The notes under the pieces: model-generated
What the model was told of the DNA's origin: nothing
Databases searched by the model: none
Seen by the model: the letters and a program-made list of their open reading frames with translations, nothing else
Translations under genes and position numbers: made by a program
Shown here: in pieces, positions 17,401 to 25,461 of the stretch
Layout of the letters: every line of letters begins with the position of its first letter
Numbering within the stretch: position 1 is the stretch's first letter
DNA from: an archaeon
Lineage (GTDB): Archaea > Iainarchaeota > Iainarchaeia > Iainarchaeales > CSSED10-239
Assembly: GCA_041657425.1 (NCBI GenBank)
Contig: JBBABY010000004.1
Span: forward strand, 1,377 to 65,376
DNA length: 64,000 bases
Direction of reading: 5' to 3'

Positions 17401-17805
17401 AGCTATATTTATTGAACCATTATAAACAAAAGTATTACTATTCAATGGTACCGGATCTATTCCATTTGTTGTGTAATAAATTGTAGCACCAGAAGTTGCA
17501 GAGGTTAATGTGATTTGAGTTTCTGAAGTAACATTCTGAGGCAAAGGATAAGCAACAGGAGTTGCAACTACTGTGGGTGTTGGAGGAGTTGTGCCAGAAT
17601 TTGGGGAACAGCCACTACTTGTTGGGTCTACAAAACAATCTACTAAATTATCTTTAGCATCTGTTGTATTTTTTGAATTTGTTATATTTGAATTTAAATG
17701 ACTAACATAATAAGTACCAAAAATTATTGTTCCAATTATTAATACTGAAAGTATAATTAATATCTCTATTGAAACTTGCCCTTTGTTCTTTTTATTTTTA
17801 AACAT
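14449..17805 (-). CDS. Pilin-like (class III signal peptide) giant adhesin with Fn3-associated/chitobiase-C-like domains and two GLUG-repeat blocks.
   Basis: The N-terminus is MFKNKKNKGQVSIEILIILSVLIIGTIIFG. There are three TIYYT.NG.DP-type domains and many VGGLVG/VGGLIG (GLUG) repeats. Both halves end in GWNFTTIWA.NPSINNGYPYL.QIPPQ. Confidence 0.75.
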   Translation of the reverse strand: MFKNKKNKGQVSIEILIILSVLIIGTIIFGTYYVSHLNSNITNSKNTTDAKDNLVDCFVDPTSSGCSPNSGTTPPTPTVVATPVAYPLPQNVTSETQITLTSATSGATIYYTTNGIDPVPLNSNTFVYNGSINIASYPTIKAIAIKTGMTNSSVATFIYTPEAPEIVATPTAIPVSGTHLFAQSVTLNTVTTGATIRYTLDGTEPIETSTQYTTPIQINSTKTLKAKAFLAGWTASTTATFNYIIIACQSGGLGTAASPFVICTPKELFNIRDAPSLYYLLGQDIDLDVTLYNSGLGWEPIGVDNHPFTGSFDGNGHTISNLYINRPIANYVGLFGYIDDGAIISNVKLENVNIIGNDSVGSLIGRNNNGIISSSYSTGEVNGKNYVGGLIGNLIEGSISLSNFNGNVFGDLEVGGLVGINYGTISKSNSIGNVSGNQINAQYFSGEDMGGLVGVNVGLISNSYSKTEVIGSTYVGGLVGFNHCAATIDSSYSTGNVSGRFEVGGLVGIYVDASFGCLVKEIKNSYSTGNVTRQLASISNEHFGGFIGQSSIDAEINNCYSTGKVIYESDSGKPINRGFSGTTVISSGMNFWNIDTSLQSTSPSVATGLSNEAMQNIDSFQNLGWNFTTIWAINPSINNGYPYLKQIPPQPTVSVTSNPLPGTYNVSSLSITLSSSEDGVIYYTINGSNPVCDSGTSYSSPIAISIGTTIIKAIGCKEGFDSRILTFEYILPPPIIILTATDLNNVRNDLNKSYILGADIDLGVSPYNIGNGWLPIGAFGNSFNGTFDGNGHTIKNLYINRTPSYVGLFGIIGTNSKIKNLTLEDINATGSSYVGGLVGYNYGGTISDINSTGVVFVTGVRGGGLVGESEFGNISNCIFDGNVSGNINSDNVGGLIGRGSGVKISKSHSTGNVSSIAQGVGGLIGYSEGGLISLSYSECMVSGSSNVGGFIGEYDFSTATDGIYSCYSTGDVIGNSFVGGFVGSNRLATIGNCYSLGDVTRKSGSEITLGGFIGYGYPDLSQSTNYNSYSIGRVIYNGGNSPVDKGFSGTSVSGSRNVWDRTASLQTSSPSGAAGVTTEALKNSSQFPSNSGWNFTTIWAFNPSINNGYPYLQQIPPQ

Positions 17806-17928
17806 AATCTTACACCAATATGTATTTATATAATTTATTTAATAAATAATATTACCAATACATATATAAATATAATGAATGAAAATATAATAGACAGATA
17901 AATTAAAATAAAAATGTGATTACAAAAA

Positions 17929-18639
17929 ATGAAGCGAGTACCAACTGGTGTAACTGGTTTTGATGAATTAATACAGGGAGGAATTCCTGAAGGGGCAACT
18001 ATCTTAACTTCTGGTGGTTGTGGTTCTGGAAAAACTATCTTTGCAACTACTTTTGTTTATGAAGGTGCAAGAAAATATGGAGATCCTGGCCTTTATGTTA
18101 CTGTTGAAGACAATCTTAAAAACATTGTTTGGAATATGGAAAACTTTGGATGGGACATTAAAGCATTAGAACAAAAGAACTTAATGAAAATTTATAGAAT
18201 GCATATTGATCCAAGAAAAGACGTTGAAGCACAAATTGATAAAGAACTAGATATTGTTTCTTCTATGGTTAAAGATATTGGAGCAACTAGACTTACAATT
18301 GATTCCACTACTGCTTTTGGTGGTTGGATAAGTGATGCTGGAAAATTAAGAAACTTATTATTTAGATTTGGAGATTATTTAAAAGATCTTAACTGTACAA
18401 CAATGATGACTGCAGAAACTAATGGTGGACCAAGAGACTTTTCTGCTTTTGGTGTTGAAGAATTTGTTGTTGATGGAGTATTTGCAATGTATTTTATTCC
18501 TCCACACAGATCAATATTTGTTAGAAAACTTAGAGGAACTAAGCATTCTCCAGCAGTACACCCTTGTGAGATTACTCCTTCTGGATTAGTAGTTAACCCA
18601 AGAGATGAAATCATGTGGAGTGCAATTAAGCAATACTAG
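17929..18639 (+). CDS. KaiC/RadA-like single-domain RecA-superfamily ATPase (ArlH/FlaH-like size).
   Basis: RVPTGVTGFDELIQGGIPEGATILTSGGCGSGKTIFATTFVYEGA is the typical KaiC-like N-terminus with a Walker A motif. Size is 236 aa. Confidence 0.8.
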   Translation: MKRVPTGVTGFDELIQGGIPEGATILTSGGCGSGKTIFATTFVYEGARKYGDPGLYVTVEDNLKNIVWNMENFGWDIKALEQKNLMKIYRMHIDPRKDVEAQIDKELDIVSSMVKDIGATRLTIDSTTAFGGWISDAGKLRNLLFRFGDYLKDLNCTTMMTAETNGGPRDFSAFGVEEFVVDGVFAMYFIPPHRSIFVRKLRGTKHSPAVHPCEITPSGLVVNPRDEIMWSAIKQY

Positions 18640-18661
18640 AGCCCCTTTAGAAAAGTGGTTT

Positions 18662-18717
18662 CCCAAGAAAAACACGGTTTTTCTGGGCACAGAAAAATCT
18701 ACGGATTTTTCTTGTGC
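18662..18717. terminator. Two abutting stem-loops in the convergent intergenic region, a candidate bidirectional terminator or small structured RNA.
   Basis: Hairpin 1 is cccaagaaaaac-acg-gtttttctggg. Hairpin 2 is gcacagaaaaatc-tacg-gatttttcttgtgc. Each has a one-base bulge. Both arms share AGAAAAA/TTTTTCT. Confidence 0.45.
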
Positions 18718-18752
18718 AGTCCCAAAACTATGGGCTATTGCTTTTTCTTTTT

Positions 18753-20495
18753 TTATTTATTTTGCATTACAAATAGTTTTTCTAATTCTTGTTGAGTTGT
18801 TGTGTTTTCTGGACTTTTGTCTGTTCTGATTGTTACCAAACGAGGAAATCTTAAAGCTAAACCTTGATTGGTGTCTGGATCAAAACTTGCGGTGTGGATT
18901 GGACTTTTTGTTATTTCATCATAGTTGATTTCTATTACTATCTCTGGCTTGGTGTAAAAATCTGGCTCAATATTACTTACAAGGTTGTTTGGCTTGTGGG
19001 ATAATCTTGAAGCTTCTAATTTCTCTGAAAGTTCCACTAGAGTGACATCAGTTAATCCTGTGCCAATCTTAGCAAGAGTGAAATATCTGTCTTCTTCCTT
19101 ATCATAGAGAGCAACTAAAAGAGCGCCAATACCTTTTTCTGTTCTTTTTCCTTGGCCAGAGAACGCTCCAACGATTACTGCATCAATAGTGTCAAGTGTT
19201 TCATTTCCTTTGTAAGACTTCTTGAACTTTATCCAAGCATAACCACGAGAACCTGCTTTATAACTTGATTCTAAGTCTTTCGCAATTATCCCTTCAAAGC
19301 CTTTCTCTAGTGCTTTATTGAAGAAATCTTCTAGTTCTTCAAGACTATTTGTAATTAAGATTTTTGTTGGAGTTACAAGTGGAGAGTGTGTAAAATATTT
19401 TTCTACTAACTTTCTTCTTTCACTGAAAGGAAGATAACTAACATCTTTACCATCTAAGTAAAGGCAATCAAAAACTTTTAGATGAAGAGGAAGTTCCTTT
19501 GACTTCTCGCCAATATCGTATTTTCTTTTTCTTGTTATTGTTATTTGAAAGGTATGATATTTTTGGTTTTCTGTATCATATGCAATTGATTCACAATCGA
19601 TTATGAAGTCGTGATTGATTTTCTTTACGGCCTCGACGATGTCAGGAAACATCTTTGTGATATCTTCTTCTTGACGAGAGAAGATTTTTACGTCTGCTCC
19701 AAGCTTGTGAATCTGTTGACGAAAACCATCAATCTTTGTGTCCACAGCAAATACTTTTAGTCTTTCTTGAATATCTTTTAAACTCTCTGCTCTTTCACAA
19801 AGTTGAGACTTGATTGGAGTAAAGGGAGTAATCTTTATTTTCTCTACTTCTTCTATTCCTTTTTCTTTTATTAACTTTGCAATAATTCCAAGATCAGAAA
19901 TTATTTGGTATCTGTCTGTGATTATTTCTTTTGCGGATTTTTGTTCTTCTGGGGTTTTTGTTGTTTGCCCTGCAAGAGCATCAATGATTGTAGAGTCTGC
20001 AAAACCAAGTCTAAACGAAATTGGAAACCTTACTATGTATTTTGCAGATGTTGGATTTGAATTAAAAAGAATGTATTTGAATAGTTGTTGTTTCTTTTCT
20101 GTTGAACCAGTTCCTGTGGTTTCTGAAATCTTTTGAAATGTTAAAAACACTTCTTTGAAAGTTATTGATTTTGTAAAAAGAGTAGATTGTGTTCTTTTGC
20201 TATTGTGCTTTTCAATAACAAGACCAATATCCCCTAAAGAATAAAACTCTTTTTTAATTTCTTCTTCAGGGATTGAAAGGTATTCTGATAACAATGAGAT
20301 TAATATTGATTGCCCAATATTCATTTCTTTTGTTTTAAACTTTGGGCCTAATGTTCCTTGACAGAAATAAATTAGATTTTGAATGTCTTCTTTTGTAGTC
20401 TCTTGAAAGAGTTGCTTTAAGATTTCAGTCATCTCTAAGCGACTAGATGTTTTATTTAGTTTTTCAAAATATTCTGAAACAACATCAAAGTTCAC
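18753..20495 (-). CDS. lig: ATP-dependent DNA ligase (Lig1 family).
   Basis: Motif I is DTKIDGFRQQIH (KxDGxR). EGIIAK and WIKFKK motifs are present. An N-terminal DNA-binding domain is present. Size is 580 aa. Confidence 0.9.
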   Translation of the reverse strand: MNFDVVSEYFEKLNKTSSRLEMTEILKQLFQETTKEDIQNLIYFCQGTLGPKFKTKEMNIGQSILISLLSEYLSIPEEEIKKEFYSLGDIGLVIEKHNSKRTQSTLFTKSITFKEVFLTFQKISETTGTGSTEKKQQLFKYILFNSNPTSAKYIVRFPISFRLGFADSTIIDALAGQTTKTPEEQKSAKEIITDRYQIISDLGIIAKLIKEKGIEEVEKIKITPFTPIKSQLCERAESLKDIQERLKVFAVDTKIDGFRQQIHKLGADVKIFSRQEEDITKMFPDIVEAVKKINHDFIIDCESIAYDTENQKYHTFQITITRKRKYDIGEKSKELPLHLKVFDCLYLDGKDVSYLPFSERRKLVEKYFTHSPLVTPTKILITNSLEELEDFFNKALEKGFEGIIAKDLESSYKAGSRGYAWIKFKKSYKGNETLDTIDAVIVGAFSGQGKRTEKGIGALLVALYDKEEDRYFTLAKIGTGLTDVTLVELSEKLEASRLSHKPNNLVSNIEPDFYTKPEIVIEINYDEITKSPIHTASFDPDTNQGLALRFPRLVTIRTDKSPENTTTQQELEKLFVMQNK

Positions 20496-20512
20496 TTAAA
20501 TATTCACCAATT

Positions 20513-21976
20513 TTAATAACCCTTTGCAATATAAACAAACTCTTTTGCTTTGTTGCCACAGATTGGACATTGCTCGTGGTTCTCTGGAACTTCTTTAATA
20601 TCCATTCTTATTCCTTTAATTTCTGCACCATCTGTAAATGCTTTAAGCTCTTCAAAACAAGCTTTACCGTCTGGGTCAATTGAACAAAATGGAATTCTTA
20701 CAAACTTCCCTTCATCTATTAATCTTTTTATTTCTTCTTTGTTTTCAGCATTACCAAGTTTATTTTCAAACTCTTTGTCTGCTTGTTCTCTTAAATTATC
20801 TGTAAATTCTTCTGCAATCTTTCCAACGGTTTCAAAAAGATCAGCAAAAAATACATTTTCTTTAATATTTAAATCTCTTCTAAATAAAGTAACTTGTCCG
20901 TTTTCAACATCTCTTGGGCCAATCTCTATTCTTAATGGAACTCCTTTCATTTCATAGAATGAAAATCTCTCCTTTGGTTTCTTTTCTTTATTGTCGTCTA
21001 TCTTTACTCTATATCCTAACTTATCAAGATCAACAGCAAAGTCTAAACAGATTTTTTCTAATTGATCAGTGTCTTGACCAGAGAAATATAATGGACAAAT
21101 GATTATTTGTATTGGTGCAAGTTCCATTGGAAGTCTTAAACCATTTTTGTCTCCATGTATTCCTATTAAGTTTCCATAAATTCTTGTTAACCCTGGACCA
21201 TAACAAGTTCCATATGGTATTTTTGTTTCTTCATCCTTATCTCTAAACTTTACATTAAATGCTTTTGTAAATTTCTGCCCTAAAAGGTGCGTTGTTGCAA
21301 GTTGACTTGCTTTACCATTTGGCATTAAAGTATCTGCTGCAAATGTATCTTCTGCTCCTGCAAATTTATCCCATTGCGGTCTTTTAAAAAACATAAATGG
21401 AATTCCTAATTCTAAATGTAATATTTCTTCTGTTATTTCCATATCTTGGAGTACTTGATTATAAGCATCTTCTGCAGTTTCAAAAATATTGTGTGTTTCA
21501 AACCAATAAAATTCTCTTCCTCTAAAGAAAGGTTTTGTTTGTTTTGTATCGTATCTAAAGATGTTTGCTCTTTGGTATGTTTTGATTGGTAAATCTCTGT
21601 AACTTTCTAACCAATATGAAAACATGTAATAAAATGCTGTTTCACTTGTTGGTCTTAAAGCATATTTTTGATCAAACTTTTCATCTCCGTGTTCTGTTAC
21701 CCAAAATACTTCTGGAGTGAAACCTTCTACGTGCTCTGCTTCTTTGAAAAAATTCTCTTCTGGTATCAACATTGGCATAATTACTTGTTGATGGTTTGTA
21801 TTATCTAAAGCATCTTCAAATAATCTAAACATTTTGTTTAATGTATAAGTTGTCCAGTATCTATAAACCACCATTCCTTTAATGTTATAACGCATATCAG
21901 CCAATTCTGCTTTAGCCACGATATCGTTAAACCACTCATTAAAATCTTCAATCTTTAAGTCTTCAGTTGATGGCAT
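20513..21976 (-). CDS. proS: Prolyl-tRNA synthetase, archaeal/eukaryotic type.
   Basis: LRPTSETAFYYMFSYWLESYRDLPIKTYQRANIFRYDTKQTKPFFRGREFYWFETH is a class II ProRS signature. The C-terminal Zn-binding domain is CPICGNKAKEFVYIAKGY and ends in Tyr. Confidence 0.9.
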   Translation of the reverse strand: MPSTEDLKIEDFNEWFNDIVAKAELADMRYNIKGMVVYRYWTTYTLNKMFRLFEDALDNTNHQQVIMPMLIPEENFFKEAEHVEGFTPEVFWVTEHGDEKFDQKYALRPTSETAFYYMFSYWLESYRDLPIKTYQRANIFRYDTKQTKPFFRGREFYWFETHNIFETAEDAYNQVLQDMEITEEILHLELGIPFMFFKRPQWDKFAGAEDTFAADTLMPNGKASQLATTHLLGQKFTKAFNVKFRDKDEETKIPYGTCYGPGLTRIYGNLIGIHGDKNGLRLPMELAPIQIIICPLYFSGQDTDQLEKICLDFAVDLDKLGYRVKIDDNKEKKPKERFSFYEMKGVPLRIEIGPRDVENGQVTLFRRDLNIKENVFFADLFETVGKIAEEFTDNLREQADKEFENKLGNAENKEEIKRLIDEGKFVRIPFCSIDPDGKACFEELKAFTDGAEIKGIRMDIKEVPENHEQCPICGNKAKEFVYIAKGY

Positions 21977-22043
21977 ATGTTTTCACATTTATATTTAATC
22001 TATTAATATATCTATAAGACAAATATTAAAAAACAAATTGGTT

Positions 22044-22670
22044 TTAGAAAGGGACAGGGTTCTCTATTGCTTCTATAACTTTTGCATCAAATGCAGGCAC
22101 TAATTTCTTTGTTTTTATATTTCCTGCTAATGCCTTTCTTAATAGTATTATATTATTTGTTAATTTAATTATTAATTTGATATTTTCAAATAACTGAATA
22201 TTCTCTTTTCTAAAATCAGTTGCAACTTCAACTATCTTATTTAGATACCCTATTCGATTTTTATTAAGTCCCTTGTTTTTGAAAAATAAAATGAGTGAAT
22301 TAGAAATCTCTTGAGAACATAAAGAAATATTTAAATTAGATTCTTTTATTTTCTTTAATAATTTTAAACCCATTGATAAACAATCGATTTCTAATTGAAT
22401 TTTCTGGGATTTTCTATTTAAATACTCATTTCTATAATCAAAATTACGAGGTTTACTTTTTTCTAAATCATTAATTCTAGTGTAAATATTTTCTAAATAA
22501 TTAGAAAGATTATCTTCTGCTTGTTTGTTTTTTTCTTGTAGAGCCAGTCTTAACTTATTCTTTTTTACTGTTTCTTTTAATTGCTCTGCTTGTATTTTAT
22601 CCCAAATTTCTAACTGTTCAGAATTAGTTTTTATTTTTGGTTTTGTTGGTGTTTTTCGAATAAGAATCAC
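22044..22670 (-). CDS. Hypothetical coiled-coil protein, with the start re-assigned to GTG at 22670.
   Basis: The track ORF (to 22742) runs through tRNA-Pro. The first plausible start downstream of the tRNA is an in-frame GTG 15 nt after its 3' end. Confidence 0.45.
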   Translation of the reverse strand: MILIRKTPTKPKIKTNSEQLEIWDKIQAEQLKETVKKNKLRLALQEKNKQAEDNLSNYLENIYTRINDLEKSKPRNFDYRNEYLNRKSQKIQLEIDCLSMGLKLLKKIKESNLNISLCSQEISNSLILFFKNKGLNKNRIGYLNKIVEVATDFRKENIQLFENIKLIIKLTNNIILLRKALAGNIKTKKLVPAFDAKVIEAIENPVPF

Positions 22671-22684
22671 CGCTTTTAAAAAAA

Positions 22685-22758
22685 TGAGGCTGCCCAGATT
22701 TGAACTGGGGTCAAAAGCTCCCAAAGCTCTTATGATAACCAAGCTACACTACAGCCCC
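22685..22758 (-). tRNA. tRNA-Pro (TGG).
   Basis: Hand-folded, 74 nt. The acceptor stem is GGGGCTG/CAGCCTC. The anticodon arm is AGAGC-TTTGGGA-GCTTT. The T arm is CCCAG-TTCAAAT-CTGGG. A T7 run follows. Confidence 0.9.
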
Positions 22759-22803
22759 ATAATATATAATATATCATAGATAATATTTATAAAGAATACT
22801 TTT

Positions 22804-23865
22804 CTAGTTTCCTTGATTATTCCACATTACCCAGTACTTCTGAAAGTTTTCTTTGTATTGTTTGGACAAGTTTTCATCTTTAATTACTAATAATGTCTCA
22901 TCATTATTGTTTGTTCCGTTTGCAGAATAATTCATTGATCCTGTGATTATTGTACCCCCATCAAAAACACAATATTTGTTGTGCATAAGATAAGGATCAT
23001 TATCTTCTACAACAGAAACACCTAATTGTTTCAATTTTTCATATTCTGAGTATTCGGAAAGTTGCTGAGTTTCAAAAATTACTTTTACATCTACTCCTCT
23101 TTCTTTTGCATTTAACATTTCATCCCCAATATCATCTAAAGTAAAACTATATTGCATACACTCAATTGTTTCTTTTGCAGACGAAATCTCATCAAGCACT
23201 TTCTGTTTACAATTGCTATTTGGGCAAAAGGATATTTCAGTTGTTGGACTAATTGTTTCTCCAAGAACTGTTGAATCTTTTGAAAAATTCCCAAAATAAA
23301 AAGAATCAATTTTTTTTGTTAATGTCTCTGCAAGCCTTTGGTTTTCAAAAACTAAAATGTTATTGTAACTTTCAGAAAAACTATTTGAAGTAAAATTAGT
23401 CGAACCAATTAATACTTTGTTTCCATCAAACACACAAAACTTATTATGCATATAACTTTCAATTGTTGGAGAAATTAAAACATTTATTTCTGCGGACTTG
23501 AGATTGCCAACCATTGTAGTCTTTGTTTGACTTCTACCTTTGTCTGTTACTATTCTTATTTCTAGCCCTTGCTCTTTTTTGTTTATGAATACCTCAGAAA
23601 CTTCTTTTGAACTTATATCATAAACTGCACAATCAATTGTTTTGTTTGCATCTTGAATTAACGAAAGAATTACTTCTTGGCAATTATCTTCTGGACAAAA
23701 ATATATTTGAGGTGAATCGGTTTCACCAGTTTGTCCAAGATTTAATGTGCTTTTCTTTTCTAAACTCTTTTGATAATCATTTACCTCAAGATAAATTAAA
23801 AATAAAAAAATAGATAATAGAAGAATTATAAAAAAAAGAATAATGTAGAAATGGCGTTTATTCAT
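22804..23865 (-). CDS. Phospholipase D-superfamily protein with two HKD motifs (Nuc-like nuclease or phospholipase) and an N-terminal TM anchor.
   Basis: The two HKD motifs are HNKFCVFDGNKVLIGSTNFTSNS and HNKYCVFDGGTIITGSMNYSANG. The N-terminal hydrophobic helix is FYIILFFIILLLSIFLFLIYL. Confidence 0.8.
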   Translation of the reverse strand: MNKRHFYIILFFIILLLSIFLFLIYLEVNDYQKSLEKKSTLNLGQTGETDSPQIYFCPEDNCQEVILSLIQDANKTIDCAVYDISSKEVSEVFINKKEQGLEIRIVTDKGRSQTKTTMVGNLKSAEINVLISPTIESYMHNKFCVFDGNKVLIGSTNFTSNSFSESYNNILVFENQRLAETLTKKIDSFYFGNFSKDSTVLGETISPTTEISFCPNSNCKQKVLDEISSAKETIECMQYSFTLDDIGDEMLNAKERGVDVKVIFETQQLSEYSEYEKLKQLGVSVVEDNDPYLMHNKYCVFDGGTIITGSMNYSANGTNNNDETLLVIKDENLSKQYKENFQKYWVMWNNQGN

Positions 23866-24535
23866 TTTTTTCCTCTTCTAGTAATTTATAGTATCCTTCG
23901 CTTAATTCCCTTATCTCTTGAATAATTGAAACTGACACACCTTTGTCTTCTAAAAGATTTAATCTTTCTTCAAACCAAGTTATCCAAACTTGTTGTTTTG
24001 ATTCTTTTACTTGATTTTGTATTTCTTCTAAAATTACATTCCAATTTAACCCTTTCTTTACTAATTCTAAACAATCATCTATATCTCCAGGTCTTTCAGT
24101 AATTGATTTGAATATAAGAATATCTTCATTTGAACAAGCATATAAATTCAAGTGTTTATATTCTTTAATTAATCTTGCTCTTTTTATCATTTCTTTACTT
24201 AAGTATAGTTTATCACATACCACTTTATTAAATACATCAAATCTAAAATCATCTTGAATAATTATCTCAGAGATTTTTAATTTTAAATATTCTTTTTCTG
24301 GAAGTTCTAATTGATGGGAATTATCTTTTTTTAATAAATTACAGAAATAGTTATAATCTTCGTCATTTGTTAAAATTAAATCTATATCCTTTGTTCCTTG
24401 TTTTAATCCTTGTTCTAACAATACTGCTCCTCCAATAAGATAAATATTTACTTTTTGGTTTGATATTTTATCTAATTGATCGAACTTATTGAGAATTTGA
24501 TTAAAATAATTTATTTTAAATTCCATCTTCATCAA
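23858..24535 (-). CDS. Nucleotidyltransferase-fold protein (AbiEii/DUF6036-like).
   Basis: IYLIGGAVLLEQGLKQGTKDIDLIL resembles the GG.A.....R.T.DiD NTase signature. It overlaps the upstream wHTH gene by 4 nt. Confidence 0.4.
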   Translation of the reverse strand: MMKMEFKINYFNQILNKFDQLDKISNQKVNIYLIGGAVLLEQGLKQGTKDIDLILTNDEDYNYFCNLLKKDNSHQLELPEKEYLKLKISEIIIQDDFRFDVFNKVVCDKLYLSKEMIKRARLIKEYKHLNLYACSNEDILIFKSITERPGDIDDCLELVKKGLNWNVILEEIQNQVKESKQQVWITWFEERLNLLEDKGVSVSIIQEIRELSEGYYKLLEEEKNE

Positions 24536-25422
24536 ATTTTTATATTATATAACTTCACCTTTTCTTTTATTTCTTTTAGTGTTGGATATCCGTCTATTGT
24601 CTTTCCATCCAATACACTAATTATATTTAATAACAATTGAGGTTTATTAAAGTATCGGATAGATTTTCTGTATTTTTGAAAAAATAGAACCAAATATAGC
24701 AATTGTCTATAATCTTTTGTTTTTTCTACAATTGTCATTGTGTGTTCTAATATATCTATCAAGGTTAGTTTTTTATTTGAAAGGGAATAATAATTTGTAG
24801 TATTTAGAATATTAATGCCATAATCTTTAAAAACAGAAAATCCAGTTTTGATGAAATTGGATAATTCTTCTTGTGTTGAAAATATAATCTCTTTCTTATT
24901 CTTATAATAAATAATTGATCCTTTTGGAATTCTATTGTCCGTATTATTATTATAATAATTGTAATCTATTATAAACTCCTTAAGAGAATGCCACAACTTT
25001 TCATTAAAGATATATTTATTCTTTTGTTTAATTAGTATTGAAAGATTTTTTGTTTTTTCTATAAACTTGTAAATAGTAATTTCTTTTAATTTTGTTTCTT
25101 GTGAAATCTCTTTAACGGTTTTTTCTGTTAAGAAAGACTGAAGAATTGGTATTCCTGAATCTTTTAAAATTTCCATAAGATTTGGGTACTTGAAAAGAAG
25201 CTCTTTGAGTTCTGTAGAAAATGGATTTTTAGATAACTCTAATTTCCTTTTTGAATATTCAATTAACCCTACAGAAGAAAGAACTGCTATTGCTCTACTT
25301 ATCTGGCTTTTACTTTTGTCAAGCTTAATTGCTAGTTCCTTCTGATAAATATTCTCTTTACAAATCTCTAGAAACACATTCAATTGAAGAATATTTAACT
25401 CCATAATTGTATTAATATGCAA
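24532..25422 (-). CDS. Winged-helix transcriptional regulator-like protein (AbiEi-like partner).
   Basis: The N-terminal QKELAIKLDKSKSQISRAIAVLSSVGLIEYSKRK is a wHTH-like segment. The C-terminal roughly 200 aa are unrecognised. It is translationally coupled to the NTase-like ORF. Confidence 0.4.
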   Translation of the reverse strand: MHINTIMELNILQLNVFLEICKENIYQKELAIKLDKSKSQISRAIAVLSSVGLIEYSKRKLELSKNPFSTELKELLFKYPNLMEILKDSGIPILQSFLTEKTVKEISQETKLKEITIYKFIEKTKNLSILIKQKNKYIFNEKLWHSLKEFIIDYNYYNNNTDNRIPKGSIIYYKNKKEIIFSTQEELSNFIKTGFSVFKDYGINILNTTNYYSLSNKKLTLIDILEHTMTIVEKTKDYRQLLYLVLFFQKYRKSIRYFNKPQLLLNIISVLDGKTIDGYPTLKEIKEKVKLYNIKI

Positions 25423-25461
25423 AAAGTATATAAATAGTTGCGTTTTAATATAATATAATTA

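Noticed and set aside
18605-18829. Track ORF 18605..18829 (+) spanning the kaiC-like/lig intergenic region.
   Set aside because: It overlaps the 3' ends of both convergent genes and the twin hairpins. It has no motif support, and the region is better explained as a terminator or structured element.
22671-22742. The 5' part of track ORF 22044..22742 (MVIIRALGAFDPSSNLGSLIFLK...).
   Set aside because: These codons are a translation through the tRNA-Pro(TGG) gene at 22685..22758. The CDS was re-started at the GTG at 22670.
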